From Corynebacterium glutamicum ATCC 13032 (GTDB lineage Bacteria > Actinomycetota > Actinomycetes > Mycobacteriales > Mycobacteriaceae), in NCBI RefSeq assembly GCF_000011325.1, contig NC_003450.3, forward strand, positions 2,730,001 to 2,762,000: a DNA stretch of 32,000 nucleotides, read 5' to 3'. Position numbers and translations under genes: made by a program. The notes beneath the pieces are model-generated. The model did not search any database. It was not told the DNA's origin and saw only the letters and a program-made list of their open reading frames with translations. Below, in pieces: positions 23,993-32,000 of this stretch; position 1 is the first letter of the stretch, and each line of letters opens with the position of its first letter.

Positions 23993-26743
23993 ATGTCTCG
24001 CATTTCTGCGCGCACTCTGGCAATCGCACTTGCCGGTGCAACCGCGGCCAGCCTGGCAGTTGTTCCAGCAGCAACAGCTAATCCTGCCGGAACCGCTCCT
24101 GTCATCAACGAAATCTACGGAGGCGGTGGAAACAGCGGATCGTTGTTCTCCAACGACTTCATTGAGCTCTACAACCCAACCTCAGGGGACATTTCCCTCG
24201 ACGGTTGGAGCGTTACCTACTACGCAGCCAACGGTAACTCCGGCGGAACCACAAACCTGACCGGAAACATCCCTGCCAACGGTTACTACCTCATCCAGCA
24301 ACGCGCAGGCAGCAACAACACCGGCGCTCTGCCTACCCCAGACGCCACCGGTAACTTGGCAATGGGTGCCTCCCAAGGATCAGTTGCACTGACCGACAAC
24401 TCTGGCCTAACCGCTGACCTTGTCGGATTCGGTGGCACGTCCATGTTTGAAGGAACAGCTGCTGCACCTGAGACCAGCAACAAATTGTCTGTTCAACGCA
24501 AAGAAGTTGGCGCTGACTCTGATAACAACTCCGTAGACTTCGAGACTGGAGCTCCAACTCCAACGTCCTCGGGAGGATCCGCTCCTGTTGACCCAGGCGA
24601 GCCAGAAACTCCAGTAAACCCTGGGGAAACAGTCTCCATCGCACAAATCCAAGGAACCGGTCTCGCTACCCCACTCGAGGGTCAGACCGTCACCACCGAA
24701 GGTATTGTCACTGCCGTTTACGCAGAAGGTGGCTTCAACGGTTACTACATCCAGACACCTGGATCTGGTACTGCACCAAAGGTTGCTGGCGACGCATCCG
24801 ACGGCATCTTCGTCTACGTGGGAAGCAATGGTTCCTACCCAGAGCTCGGCGCATCTGTCACCGTCACTGGCAAGGCCACCGAACACTACGAGATGACTCA
24901 GCTAGGCAACTCCTCCTTCACCGTTTCGGACACCGCATTCGAGCCAGTAACCCCACTCGAACTGGACACCGTTCCTACTGGCGATGACATTCGCGAAGCA
25001 TACGAAGGCATGCTGCTGAAGCCAACCGGCGCTCACACCGTGACCAACAACTACGCAACCAACACCTTCGGTGAAATTGCCCTCGCCCCAGGTAACGAGC
25101 CTTTGTACCAGGCCACTCAAATGGTGGCACCGGGAGCCGAAGCGATTGCGTACGAGGCGGAAAACGTCGCAAAGCAAATTACGCTGGATGACGGACGCTC
25201 CGGCAACTACACTCGCGGCGACTCCAGCACGCCTATGGCATGGCTTGTGCAGGACGGTGGCGAGACCATCAAGTCCATCCGCACCGGCGACCAGGTGGAA
25301 TTCCAGGCACCAGTAATCTTCGATTACCGCTACGACCTGTGGAAATTCCAGCCAACCACCCCTGTCACCGGCAACACCGCAAGCTCCGACCTTCCTATCA
25401 CCTGGGATGACACCCGCGCGGCTGAGCTAGCTTCAATCAATGACGTTGCTGGCGAATTCCACATCGCAAGCTTCAACGTGCTCAACTACTTCACCTCTCT
25501 CGGCGAAGATGAACCAGGCTGCAGCGCATACAGGGATATCAACAACACCCCAGTCACCGCCAACAACTGTAACGTCCGTGGCGCTTACACCGAAGAAGCA
25601 CTCGAAGATCAGCAGAGCAAGATCGTCGAAGCAATCAACCGCCTTGACGTCGATGTTCTTGGACTTGAAGAAATCGAAAACACCGCGACCGTCACCGGCG
25701 ACGTCTCCCGTCGCGATGACGCACTCAATACCCTCGTCGCAGCACTCAACGAAGCAGTTGGATCCGATCGCTGGGCGGCCGTCGAATCTCCAGAACAATT
25801 GGGCACCGATGAAGACTACATCCGCGTCGCCTTCATCTACGACCAAACCACCGTCAAGCCCGTCGGCGAATCCCGAATCTTCGACGACGCAGCCTTCACC
25901 GGCACCGCACGCCAGCCACTCGCACAGGAATTCCAGCCACTCAACGACAGCGAGAAATCCTTCGTCGGCGTAGTCAACCACTTCAAGTCCAAGGGCTCTG
26001 TCACTCGTGGAGACGCCGACACCGGCGACGGCCAAGGCAACAACGCCAACGTTCGCGTCGCACAGGCACAGGCACTCATCGACCACCTGGAAAACCAGGA
26101 CGACTGGGCATCCAAGCCAATCTTCATCCTCGGCGACACCAACTCCTACGCCAAGGAAACCGCGATGACCACCCTTTACGGCGCTGGCTACACCAACATC
26201 GCCACCGAATTCGACGCTGGCTACAGCTACCAGTTCTCCGGCCGCATTGGCAGCCTCGACCACGCACTCGGCAACGAAGCAGCCATGAAGCACGTCATCG
26301 ACGCCGAGGTCTGGGACATCAACGCTGACGAAGCAATCGCATTCGAATACTCCCGTCGACTCAACAACACCTCCGACGTATTCGAGAACAACGTCTTCCG
26401 CTCCTCCGACCACGACCCGATCAAGGTCGGATTCAACCTCAGCGAGACCACTGAGCCCACCATTCCGGTAGAGCCCACTGATCCTGCAGAACCTACCGAT
26501 CCAACTACCCCAGTTAAGCCAACTGATCCGGTAGAGACCACGGATCCATCTGAGCCAACCGACCCTGCAGAACCTACTGATCCAGCTGAACCAACTGACC
26601 CTGAGGAAACGAAGAAGCCAGAGGAGCCGAAGAACCCTGGTTCCTCCAACGGAAGCTCCCAATACGCCACCATTGCAGCAATCATCGCAGCAATCCTAGG
26701 TGCCATTGCTTTGGCCTTCCAGTTCTTCCCATTCAAGTTCTAA
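23993..26743 (+). CDS. nucH: secreted extracellular nuclease (LTD domain + endonuclease/exonuclease/phosphatase domain), C-terminally anchored
   Basis: The start is set at MSRISARTLAIALAGATAASLAVVPAATA (signal peptide), with an AGAGGA SD. The LTD motif is FIELYNP...LDGWSV. The EEP motifs are IASFNVLNYF and SDHDPIKV. The C-terminus has (A/S)EPTDP repeats and a hydrophobic tail. The track ORF starts earlier, at 23912. Confidence 0.88.
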   Translation: MSRISARTLAIALAGATAASLAVVPAATANPAGTAPVINEIYGGGGNSGSLFSNDFIELYNPTSGDISLDGWSVTYYAANGNSGGTTNLTGNIPANGYYLIQQRAGSNNTGALPTPDATGNLAMGASQGSVALTDNSGLTADLVGFGGTSMFEGTAAAPETSNKLSVQRKEVGADSDNNSVDFETGAPTPTSSGGSAPVDPGEPETPVNPGETVSIAQIQGTGLATPLEGQTVTTEGIVTAVYAEGGFNGYYIQTPGSGTAPKVAGDASDGIFVYVGSNGSYPELGASVTVTGKATEHYEMTQLGNSSFTVSDTAFEPVTPLELDTVPTGDDIREAYEGMLLKPTGAHTVTNNYATNTFGEIALAPGNEPLYQATQMVAPGAEAIAYEAENVAKQITLDDGRSGNYTRGDSSTPMAWLVQDGGETIKSIRTGDQVEFQAPVIFDYRYDLWKFQPTTPVTGNTASSDLPITWDDTRAAELASINDVAGEFHIASFNVLNYFTSLGEDEPGCSAYRDINNTPVTANNCNVRGAYTEEALEDQQSKIVEAINRLDVDVLGLEEIENTATVTGDVSRRDDALNTLVAALNEAVGSDRWAAVESPEQLGTDEDYIRVAFIYDQTTVKPVGESRIFDDAAFTGTARQPLAQEFQPLNDSEKSFVGVVNHFKSKGSVTRGDADTGDGQGNNANVRVAQAQALIDHLENQDDWASKPIFILGDTNSYAKETAMTTLYGAGYTNIATEFDAGYSYQFSGRIGSLDHALGNEAAMKHVIDAEVWDINADEAIAFEYSRRLNNTSDVFENNVFRSSDHDPIKVGFNLSETTEPTIPVEPTDPAEPTDPTTPVKPTDPVETTDPSEPTDPAEPTDPAEPTDPEETKKPEEPKNPGSSNGSSQYATIAAIIAAILGAIALAFQFFPFKF
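26468..26602 (+). repeat. in-frame 18-bp tandem repeat encoding (V/A/S)EPTDP units in the nucH C-terminal linker
   Basis: The peptide reads VEPTDP AEPTDP TTPVKPTDP VETTDP SEPTDP AEPTDP AEPTDP. The DNA units gaacc(t/a)ac(t/c)ga(t/c)cc recur. Confidence 0.85.
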
Positions 26744-26759
26744 TTAACTCTTAGGGAGT

Positions 26760-26806
26760 AATCCCCTGCCCTCGCATTACGCGAGTGCAGGGGATTTTGC
26801 ATTTCG
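26760..26806 (+). terminator. intrinsic terminator of nucH
   Basis: A stem of about 15 bp, ATCCCCTGC-C-CTCGC (26761-26775) / GCGAG-T-GCAGGGGAT (26781-26795), is followed by TTTGCATTT. Confidence 0.85.
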
Positions 26807-26883
26807 GGGCCTCCGCGTTCCTGCGTCTTGAAAACAGCGATTTAAGAGGTCGTGTTTTCAGAATGCCTATCACCTTGGGGAGG

Positions 26884-27108
26884 GTGCCTTGAGGCGCTTA
26901 GAAGCGAATCTGAGAGGGCACTTTTTGCAGAACCGGGGTTTGAAATCCGGCATTTCTTGAAGCGACCAGACAGGCGCGACAAGATTGGCGAAAAAGTCAA
27001 AGTTTTGGCACGTGTGTCCGGTTTCCAGTGGTTCAAACCAGACAGGCGTGCCAAAAGCTCGCAAGATGTCAGATTTTTGTCACGCCTGTCTGGTCTCTCC
27101 CAATTGGG
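26884..27108. repeat. tandem array of ~72-bp units containing 58-nt hairpins (arms ACCAGACAGGCGYG), plus a flanking 10-bp palindrome
   Basis: Arms lie at 26965-26978 / 27009-27022 (imperfect) and 27037-27050 / 27081-27094 (perfect 14 bp). A degenerate third unit lies upstream. CCCAATTGGG is at 27099-27108. Confidence 0.8.
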
Positions 27109-27126
27109 TGCCCCGAACCTCCCCAA

Positions 27127-27816
27127 CTAGGCCAGTTGTGCGGCCGCCTGAGAATAGGTTTGCACCTGAGCACCCAAATCCAAGGCAGCTAATGCAGCTT
27201 CCCGGAAGTCAGCTGCGACTTTAGGGTTGGTGAGATTTCGCGCCGATGCGGACAAGCGCACTGTATTTCCTTTTTCCGCTCCACGAGTGACAGCCTTGAT
27301 GACATTCTTGCGCCACCATTTTGCAGCACCAAAACCTTCACCCACGGAGAGGTTTCTACACGCCAAGAATTCGCCGGTGTCGAGGTTATGTAATCCCCTG
27401 GTCGAGGCGGCGACGTTGAAATCAAATTCTGGGAGTACCGCGAAGGTGCCTTCTGACATTCTCCAACGAGGTGGGGCAAAGATTTGGAATTCGAAGCCAA
27501 TTTTCTGCATTTGCCTAATGGCACCGGTAAGGCGAAGACGTGCTTCGTGCCGTTCAAGGTTGGCGAATTCTGAGCGACGTCCCTGAACTGCTTGGTCGAA
27601 ACCGTTGAGGATGAGTTCGTGGCCGCGTTCGCGTTGTTGTTCCATCCACGCGAGGGTCCCTTTGTCTTTGGCGAGACGCCAGTCCCCATCGATGCGGGGT
27701 GCGACAAGTAATGAGACCTCGATGCCGTCGGCTCGCAGGTCTGAAATGAGCCTGTCAGCCGCCGATCGGGTCTGGTCGAAAATACTAGAAACTGAAACAA
27801 GAAGACGGCCGGACAT
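27127..27816 (-). CDS. hypothetical protein, DUF2334 / polysaccharide-deacetylase-like pattern
   Basis: 229-aa ORF. The pattern LLVSVSSIFDQ...SLLVAPRIDGDWRL...WMEQQRERGHELILNGFDQ resembles the DUF2334 layout as I remember it. The His residues I would expect in the active-site motifs appear to be substituted. The assignment is tentative. Confidence 0.4.
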   Translation of the reverse strand: MSGRLLVSVSSIFDQTRSAADRLISDLRADGIEVSLLVAPRIDGDWRLAKDKGTLAWMEQQRERGHELILNGFDQAVQGRRSEFANLERHEARLRLTGAIRQMQKIGFEFQIFAPPRWRMSEGTFAVLPEFDFNVAASTRGLHNLDTGEFLACRNLSVGEGFGAAKWWRKNVIKAVTRGAEKGNTVRLSASARNLTNPKVAADFREAALAALDLGAQVQTYSQAAAQLA

Positions 27817-27843
27817 GCATTGTATTGTCGCATGTCCGGCCGT
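27794..27843 (-). terminator. dctA terminator hairpin overlapping the start codon of the downstream gene
   Basis: A 14-bp perfect GC-rich inverted repeat, 27805-27818 / 27830-27843, has an 11-nt loop. On the minus strand it is followed by CTTCTTGTTTC. Confidence 0.6.
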
Positions 27844-27860
27844 TGTCGTCCTGTTGAAAA

Positions 27861-29201
27861 CTAGTGGTCTTCTTCTAACTCCACAAATGGAGATTTTCCA
27901 TTCAAAACGTCATGGACTTGGTTCATGTCCACGGTGCCAGTCCACTTGCCGACCAGCAGTGTTGCCACGGAGTTTCCGGCGAAGTTGGTTAGTGCGCGGG
28001 CTTCAGACATGAATTTATCGATGCCCACAATCACGTCAACGCCGTGCAGAAGTTCTGGGCGGTGTGAAGACAATCCGGCAGCCAACGTTGCAATACCGGC
28101 ACCCGAGACACCAGCAGCGCCCTTGGATGCGATGATCATGAAGACAAGCAGACCGACCTGCTCGCCGAGGCTCATCGGCATATTCATCGCGTCGGCAATG
28201 AAGATAGATGCCATGGTGAGGTAAATTGCGGTGCCGTCCAAGTTGAAGGAATAGCCGGTTGGGACCACGATTCCGACGGTTGGTTTAGCCACACCGATGT
28301 GTTCCATCTTGCGCATGAGGTTTGGCAAGGCAGATTCAGAGGATGAGGTAGCAAAGATCAGCAGGAATTCCTTGGCAAGGTACTTGACCAGCTTGAAGAT
28401 ATTCACGCCGGTGAACACCTTCAGTACGGCGCCCAGCACGCCAAAGATGAAGATCACGCAGGTGACGTAAAAGGCGAGGATCAAAATACCGAGCTGAACA
28501 ACGGCATCAAAGCCTGTTTCGCCAACGACGCCGGCCATTGCACCGAATGCACCGACTGGGGCGAGCCACAGAATCCAGTTCAAAATCTTGAAGATGAGCT
28601 TCTGCAGATGGGATACGAAATCAAGGATGGGCTGTCCCTTTTCACCCATCGACTGAGCTGCAAAGCCCACGAGGATGGCGATGAACAGTACCTGCAGCAC
28701 CGAACCATCAGTAAATGCAGAGAAGAACGTTTCAGGGATGATCGAGTGGATGAATCCCAAGAGTCCTTCAGGGCTGCTCTCTGTGGATGCGAATGAAGAT
28801 TCTTCATCAACTGAGATGTTCAGTCCGCTACCTGGCTGGATGAAGTTACCGACTAGCAGGCCAACTGCGAGTGCGAATGTGGACATCGTGATGAAGTACG
28901 CAAGGGCGATGCCACCAGCGCGTCCGACTGTTGCCGCTGCCTTGACTGAACCGATTCCGATGACGATGGTGCAGAAAATAACTGGAGCGATAATCATCTT
29001 GATCAAGGACACAAACATGGTGCCCAAAATCTTGAATTCTTTGCCCAACTCCGGTGAAATCAGGCCTAGGGTAATACCGCCAATCAATGCGATAATGACC
29101 GCAATGTAGAGCCAGTGAGTGCGGTCCTTCTTCGGCGGCTTTTGAACTTTAATGTGTTCGTTTTTGACCTCAACACTTGAAGATTCTGTGTTTGAATCCA
29201 T
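27861..29201 (-). CDS. dctA: C4-dicarboxylate:cation symporter DctA (DAACS family)
   Basis: 446-aa polytopic protein with the family motifs FATSSSESALP and GVPTGYSFNLDG. An AAGAGGAAG SD is present. Confidence 0.92.
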   Translation of the reverse strand: MDSNTESSSVEVKNEHIKVQKPPKKDRTHWLYIAVIIALIGGITLGLISPELGKEFKILGTMFVSLIKMIIAPVIFCTIVIGIGSVKAAATVGRAGGIALAYFITMSTFALAVGLLVGNFIQPGSGLNISVDEESSFASTESSPEGLLGFIHSIIPETFFSAFTDGSVLQVLFIAILVGFAAQSMGEKGQPILDFVSHLQKLIFKILNWILWLAPVGAFGAMAGVVGETGFDAVVQLGILILAFYVTCVIFIFGVLGAVLKVFTGVNIFKLVKYLAKEFLLIFATSSSESALPNLMRKMEHIGVAKPTVGIVVPTGYSFNLDGTAIYLTMASIFIADAMNMPMSLGEQVGLLVFMIIASKGAAGVSGAGIATLAAGLSSHRPELLHGVDVIVGIDKFMSEARALTNFAGNSVATLLVGKWTGTVDMNQVHDVLNGKSPFVELEEDH

Positions 29202-29461
29202 GAACTTCCTCTTCGACCTTTTTGGGGATTCGCCAAAAAACGGCCACCGTCATTGATGGTCGAAATTTAACGTGGTGTGATCGTTGCCGACGAAGCTTAA
29301 AATGCTATCCGCGGACGATTCGGAAAATTATGAAAAACTTTTTCCTGTGACGCAAAAAGCAGATTTCATGACTCCCCTCACAGAAAATTAATATTACCTT
29401 TTGTGTTCGCATGTCAGGGCAAGAAAACAGCCCAAATTTCTCCGCTCGTACCCAAACCCCC

Positions 29462-29506
29462 CGAAAAAGAATAAATCACCCCCGCTAAAGTCGCCGAGGG
29501 TGATTT
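29462..29506 (-). terminator. intrinsic terminator of ptrB
   Basis: A stem, AAATCACCC (29473-29481) / GGGTGATTT (29498-29506), is followed on the minus strand by ATTCTTTTTC. Confidence 0.7.
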
Positions 29507-29529
29507 AAAGTTCGCTAGTCGAACAAGTT

Positions 29530-31650
29530 TTATTCGGTCACACCGGTTGCTTGGTTGATCAACCAGCCGTACTCAAATGCAGTCTCACGCCACTTTTCGT
29601 AGCGTCCTGACACACCGCCGTGTCCGGCAACCATTTCAGTTTTCAGAAGGAATTCTCCACCGGTTGCAGTCGCCCGAAGCTGCGCTACCCATTTGGCTGG
29701 TTCGACGTACAACACTCGGGTGTCGTTGAGCGATGTTACGGCCAAGATATTGGGGTAGTTCTTTGCCTCGATGTTTTCATATGGGGCATACGACGCCATG
29801 TATTCATAGACGTCCTTATCGTGGAGTGGATCGCCCCACTCATCCCATTCGATAACCGTCAGTGGCAGTTCCGGCATGAGCATAGAGGTCAGCGGATCGA
29901 CGAATGGCACGTTGGCTTCGATCGCCTTGAAGCGGTCACCGGCCATGTTGGCAATGGCGCCCATGAGCATGCCACCAGCTGAGCCGCCTTCTGCAACCAG
30001 CATTTCAGGGGCAGAAATCTTCTGCTCGATGAGGGCGTCGGCAACATCAATGAAGTCGGTGAAGGTGTTTTTCTTCGTGGTGGTTTTGCCGTTGTCGTAC
30101 CAGCCACGACCCATTTCGCCACCGCCACGAACGTGGGCAATCGCAAAAATCATGCCACGATCCATCAGTGACAAACGCGCGATAGAGAAGCCTGGATCAA
30201 TGGATGATTCGTAGGAACCATAGCCGTAGAGCAACGTGGGGTTGGGCTTGGATACATCCAGGTCGGTGCGGTGCACCAAGGACACTGGAATCTGCGCGCC
30301 ATCTTTCGCAGTGACCCACAATCGGGAGGCCACATAGTCTGACGGCTTGTATCCGCCGAGCACTTCCTGCTGCTTCAGCAGCGTGCGTTCGCCGGATTCA
30401 ATCCAGTAGTTAAACAGCTGCGCCGGGGTGGTGAATGATCCGTAAGAAAGGCGAATGACGGGGGCGTCCCATTCTGGGTTTCCGCCCGATGCGACGGTGT
30501 AGATTTCCTCGTCAAATTCCAGCTGTTGGAAATCGCCGAAGGTTCCGTCGATAAGCTTCATGATCGCGACCTGGCCGATCGCGCCGGACCTGTAGCCCAG
30601 GATGATGAAATCGCGGTAGGTATCGACACCCTCAATGCGCACGTCATCCTTGTGCGCGACGAGTGGCGCCAGCGCGTCCAAAGAATTGAGCTTGTCGACG
30701 CCAGCCCACCCCACCGAAAAGTTCGGGCCCTCGGCGTTGTGTGTGACCAACCAAATATCGGAGCCGTCTACGACTGCATGATCGACGTCGTATTCCACAC
30801 CCTCCGCGCGCGGAATCAGCACCTCAGGGGTGCCCTCTGGCTGGTCGAAAGGAAGCACGCGGACTTCAGAGGTGATCTTGGAGGCGCAACCAAAAAGGAT
30901 GAACTTTTCTGAACGAGTGGTGCCCACCCAGGTGGAATAACGTTCATCAGGCTCGTGGTACACCAACACGTCTTCTTCAACCGGGGTACCCACCTTGTGG
31001 CGCCACACAGTATCTGGACGCCACGCATCATCAACGCGCTGGTAAAAGAGGTACTCCTCCCCCACCCAAGTAGCACCGTAGAAAATGCCAGTCAGGGTAT
31101 CAGGAAGCAGCTCGCCAGTTTCTAGATCCTTGATGCGCAACGTAAAGCGCTCTTCGCCCGTGACATCGGTGGAATACGCAAGGTAGCGGCCAGAGGTGGT
31201 GACAGATGATGCACCCATGGAGAAGAATTCGTGGCCTTCTGCCAACTCGTTGGCATCCATGATGATGGTTTCACCCTGCGCTGGCTCACCCTCAGGGATA
31301 ACAGGAGGGGTCCATGCATCCGACCCTTCAGTCACTGGAATGCGGCAGGAATAGCCGTAGCTCTTGCCTTCTTCAGTGCGAGAGTAATACCAGTGCTTTC
31401 CGGCACGCACTGGGATGGACATGTCGGTTTCTTTAACGCGTGACTTAATCTCTTCATAGATGTTGTCCCGCAGTGTGGCTAGCTGTTCAGTCTCCTGCTT
31501 GGTGAACGCATTCTCCGCCTCCAGGTAGTCCAAGGTTTCTTGGGATTCTTTATCCCTCAGCCATTCATAGTTGTCTACGAAATCAATACCGTGGTGGGTT
31601 CGGGTGATGGGATGGATTGGTGCTTGCGGAGCGTTTAGGCGTTCAGACAT
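29530..31650 (-). CDS. ptrB: oligopeptidase B / prolyl oligopeptidase family S9A serine protease
   Basis: 706 aa with an N-terminal beta-propeller region. The C-terminal catalytic domain has the Ser motif GGSAGGML, and Asp (LNDTRV) and His (AGHGG) contexts. Confidence 0.88.
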   Translation of the reverse strand: MSERLNAPQAPIHPITRTHHGIDFVDNYEWLRDKESQETLDYLEAENAFTKQETEQLATLRDNIYEEIKSRVKETDMSIPVRAGKHWYYSRTEEGKSYGYSCRIPVTEGSDAWTPPVIPEGEPAQGETIIMDANELAEGHEFFSMGASSVTTSGRYLAYSTDVTGEERFTLRIKDLETGELLPDTLTGIFYGATWVGEEYLFYQRVDDAWRPDTVWRHKVGTPVEEDVLVYHEPDERYSTWVGTTRSEKFILFGCASKITSEVRVLPFDQPEGTPEVLIPRAEGVEYDVDHAVVDGSDIWLVTHNAEGPNFSVGWAGVDKLNSLDALAPLVAHKDDVRIEGVDTYRDFIILGYRSGAIGQVAIMKLIDGTFGDFQQLEFDEEIYTVASGGNPEWDAPVIRLSYGSFTTPAQLFNYWIESGERTLLKQQEVLGGYKPSDYVASRLWVTAKDGAQIPVSLVHRTDLDVSKPNPTLLYGYGSYESSIDPGFSIARLSLMDRGMIFAIAHVRGGGEMGRGWYDNGKTTTKKNTFTDFIDVADALIEQKISAPEMLVAEGGSAGGMLMGAIANMAGDRFKAIEANVPFVDPLTSMLMPELPLTVIEWDEWGDPLHDKDVYEYMASYAPYENIEAKNYPNILAVTSLNDTRVLYVEPAKWVAQLRATATGGEFLLKTEMVAGHGGVSGRYEKWRETAFEYGWLINQATGVTE

Positions 31651-31732
31651 AGCCCCCGATCTTAGTCACGCACATCTTCTGCACGCTCGTGTGTTCGCCA
31701 TTGGCGACATTCTGATTTGCACCCCGAAACTG

Positions 31733-31762
31733 AAAAACCCGGATTCATTTAAGAATCCGGGG
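31733..31762 (-). terminator. intrinsic terminator of purC
   Basis: A stem, CCCGGATTC (31738-31746) / GAATCCGGG (31753-31761), is followed on the minus strand by TTTTTC. Confidence 0.8.
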
Positions 31763-31782
31763 TTTAGGGAAAATCAAGCAGC

Positions 31783-32000
31783 TTAGACGCAAGAACCAAT
31801 CCACTGGCAGAACTTCTGACCAGAAATCAGCTCGTAGGCCTCGATGTAGCGCTCGCGGGTTGCCTCAACAACGGAACCTGGCAGAGCTGGTGGCTCCAAG
31901 CCGGAATCCTTGTCCCAGCCAGATTTAGGGCCGGTGAGCCAGTTGCGCACGAATTGCTTATCAAAGCTTGGTTGCACAGATCCTGCTTCATAGCCTTCCA
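31783..32000 (-). CDS. purC: phosphoribosylaminoimidazole-succinocarboxamide synthase PurC, C-terminal part (5' end beyond the right edge)
   Basis: The C-terminal sequence ...[51 protein letters not shown] is typical of SAICAR synthase. The frame stays open to position 32000. Confidence 0.85.
   Translation of the reverse strand, partial: EGYEAGSVQPSFDKQFVRNWLTGPKSGWDKDSGLEPPALPGSVVEATRERYIEAYELISGQKFCQWIGSCV

Noticed and set aside
25433-26662. 409-aa ORF antisense to nucH, plus other antisense ORFs inside nucH (24407-24886, 26227-26736, 25837-26142)
   Set aside because: The translation is low-complexity and V/G/D/A-rich, typical of the complementary strand of a codon-biased GC-rich gene. 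There is no SD or recognisable domain. The sense strand encodes a complete, domain-rich nuclease.
26884-27108. Possible CRISPR array
   Set aside because: The repeats alternate in orientation (hairpin arms). There are only two to three units, the arms are 14 bp long, the loops are related to each other, and no cas genes are present in the window.
26842-27130. Mirror-image ORFs 26842-27126(-), 26852-27130(+), 26870-27064(-) and 26985-27224(+) in the nucH-downstream gap
   Set aside because: They exist because the tandem palindromic DNA repeats stay open on both strands. Both strands give the same repeated pseudo-peptide (PDRRxK...SRLSG). There is no SD, and the last ORF runs into the real gene end. 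One of them may be annotated as hypothetical in databases, but I cannot support it.
27189-27833. 214-aa alternative-frame ORF overlapping the DUF2334-like gene
   Set aside because: It is on the same strand in a different frame, with a Ser/Pro/Thr-rich nonsense composition. The 27127-27816 frame has a coherent alpha/beta-like sequence and a sensible stop.
1-32000. Search for mobile elements, genomic-island borders, defence systems, tRNA/rRNA genes and riboswitches upstream of the pur genes
   Set aside because: I saw no transposase, integrase or recombinase-like ORF, no long terminal inverted repeats, no tRNA-like cloverleaf, and no obvious compositional break. The gaps upstream of purF (52 bp) and purS (87 bp) are too short for a riboswitch. 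The region looks like core chromosome.

Overview
This window reads as an ordinary, conserved chromosomal segment of a Corynebacterium. From memory, gene content, order and protein sequences match the Corynebacterium glutamicum pst/pur neighbourhood (roughly cg2840 to cg2876). The order is also syntenic with M. tuberculosis Rv0807-Rv0821. I could not run a search to confirm either. Genes left to right: 5' part of an acetyl-CoA:CoA transferase (-), tRNA-dihydrouridine synthase (+), phoU (+), the phosphate ABC transporter pstS-pstC-pstA-pstB (-), mshD (-), a DUF2993/LmeA-like envelope protein (+), a DAG/lipid kinase (-), a nitrobindin/FABP-like beta-barrel protein (+), a class IV aminotransferase/ADC-lyase-like protein (-), a YgfZ folate-binding protein (+), a small DUF3073 protein (+), purM and purF (-), a sterol-carrier-like protein (-), a double hot-dog acyl-CoA thioesterase (+), a hemolysin-III/PAQR membrane protein (-), purL-purQ-purS (-), a Cys-GPx (mycothiol) peroxidase (-), the large secreted LTD+EEP nuclease nucH (+), a DUF2334-like protein (-), dctA (-), oligopeptidase B (-) and the 3' end of purC (-). 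That is 28 CDS. I recognise no rRNA or tRNA genes, and no transposase, integrase, phage, CRISPR, toxin-antitoxin or defence-type genes. Composition looks uniform. I therefore do not see a convincing novel multi-gene system. The signals the gene list does not explain are small scale. (i) A tandem array of ~72-bp units, each forming a 58-nt hairpin, lies downstream of nucH (26884-27108). (ii) A ~590-bp ORF-poor convergent intergenic region lies between the DUF3073 gene and purM, with repeats and an anti-SD-like CACCTCC (14227-14816). (iii) The dctA terminator hairpin contains the start codon of the next gene and carries -10-like hexamers in its loop (27794-27843). (iv) Two divergent genes have start codons that overlap in a CATG (10670-10673). 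(v) GGTGA direct repeats with ~11-bp periodicity lie upstream of nucH. (vi) Several genes have a TAnnnT hexamer 6-7 nt upstream of the start codon and no SD, suggesting leaderless mRNAs. Many long ORFs in the track are antisense shadow ORFs and were rejected.
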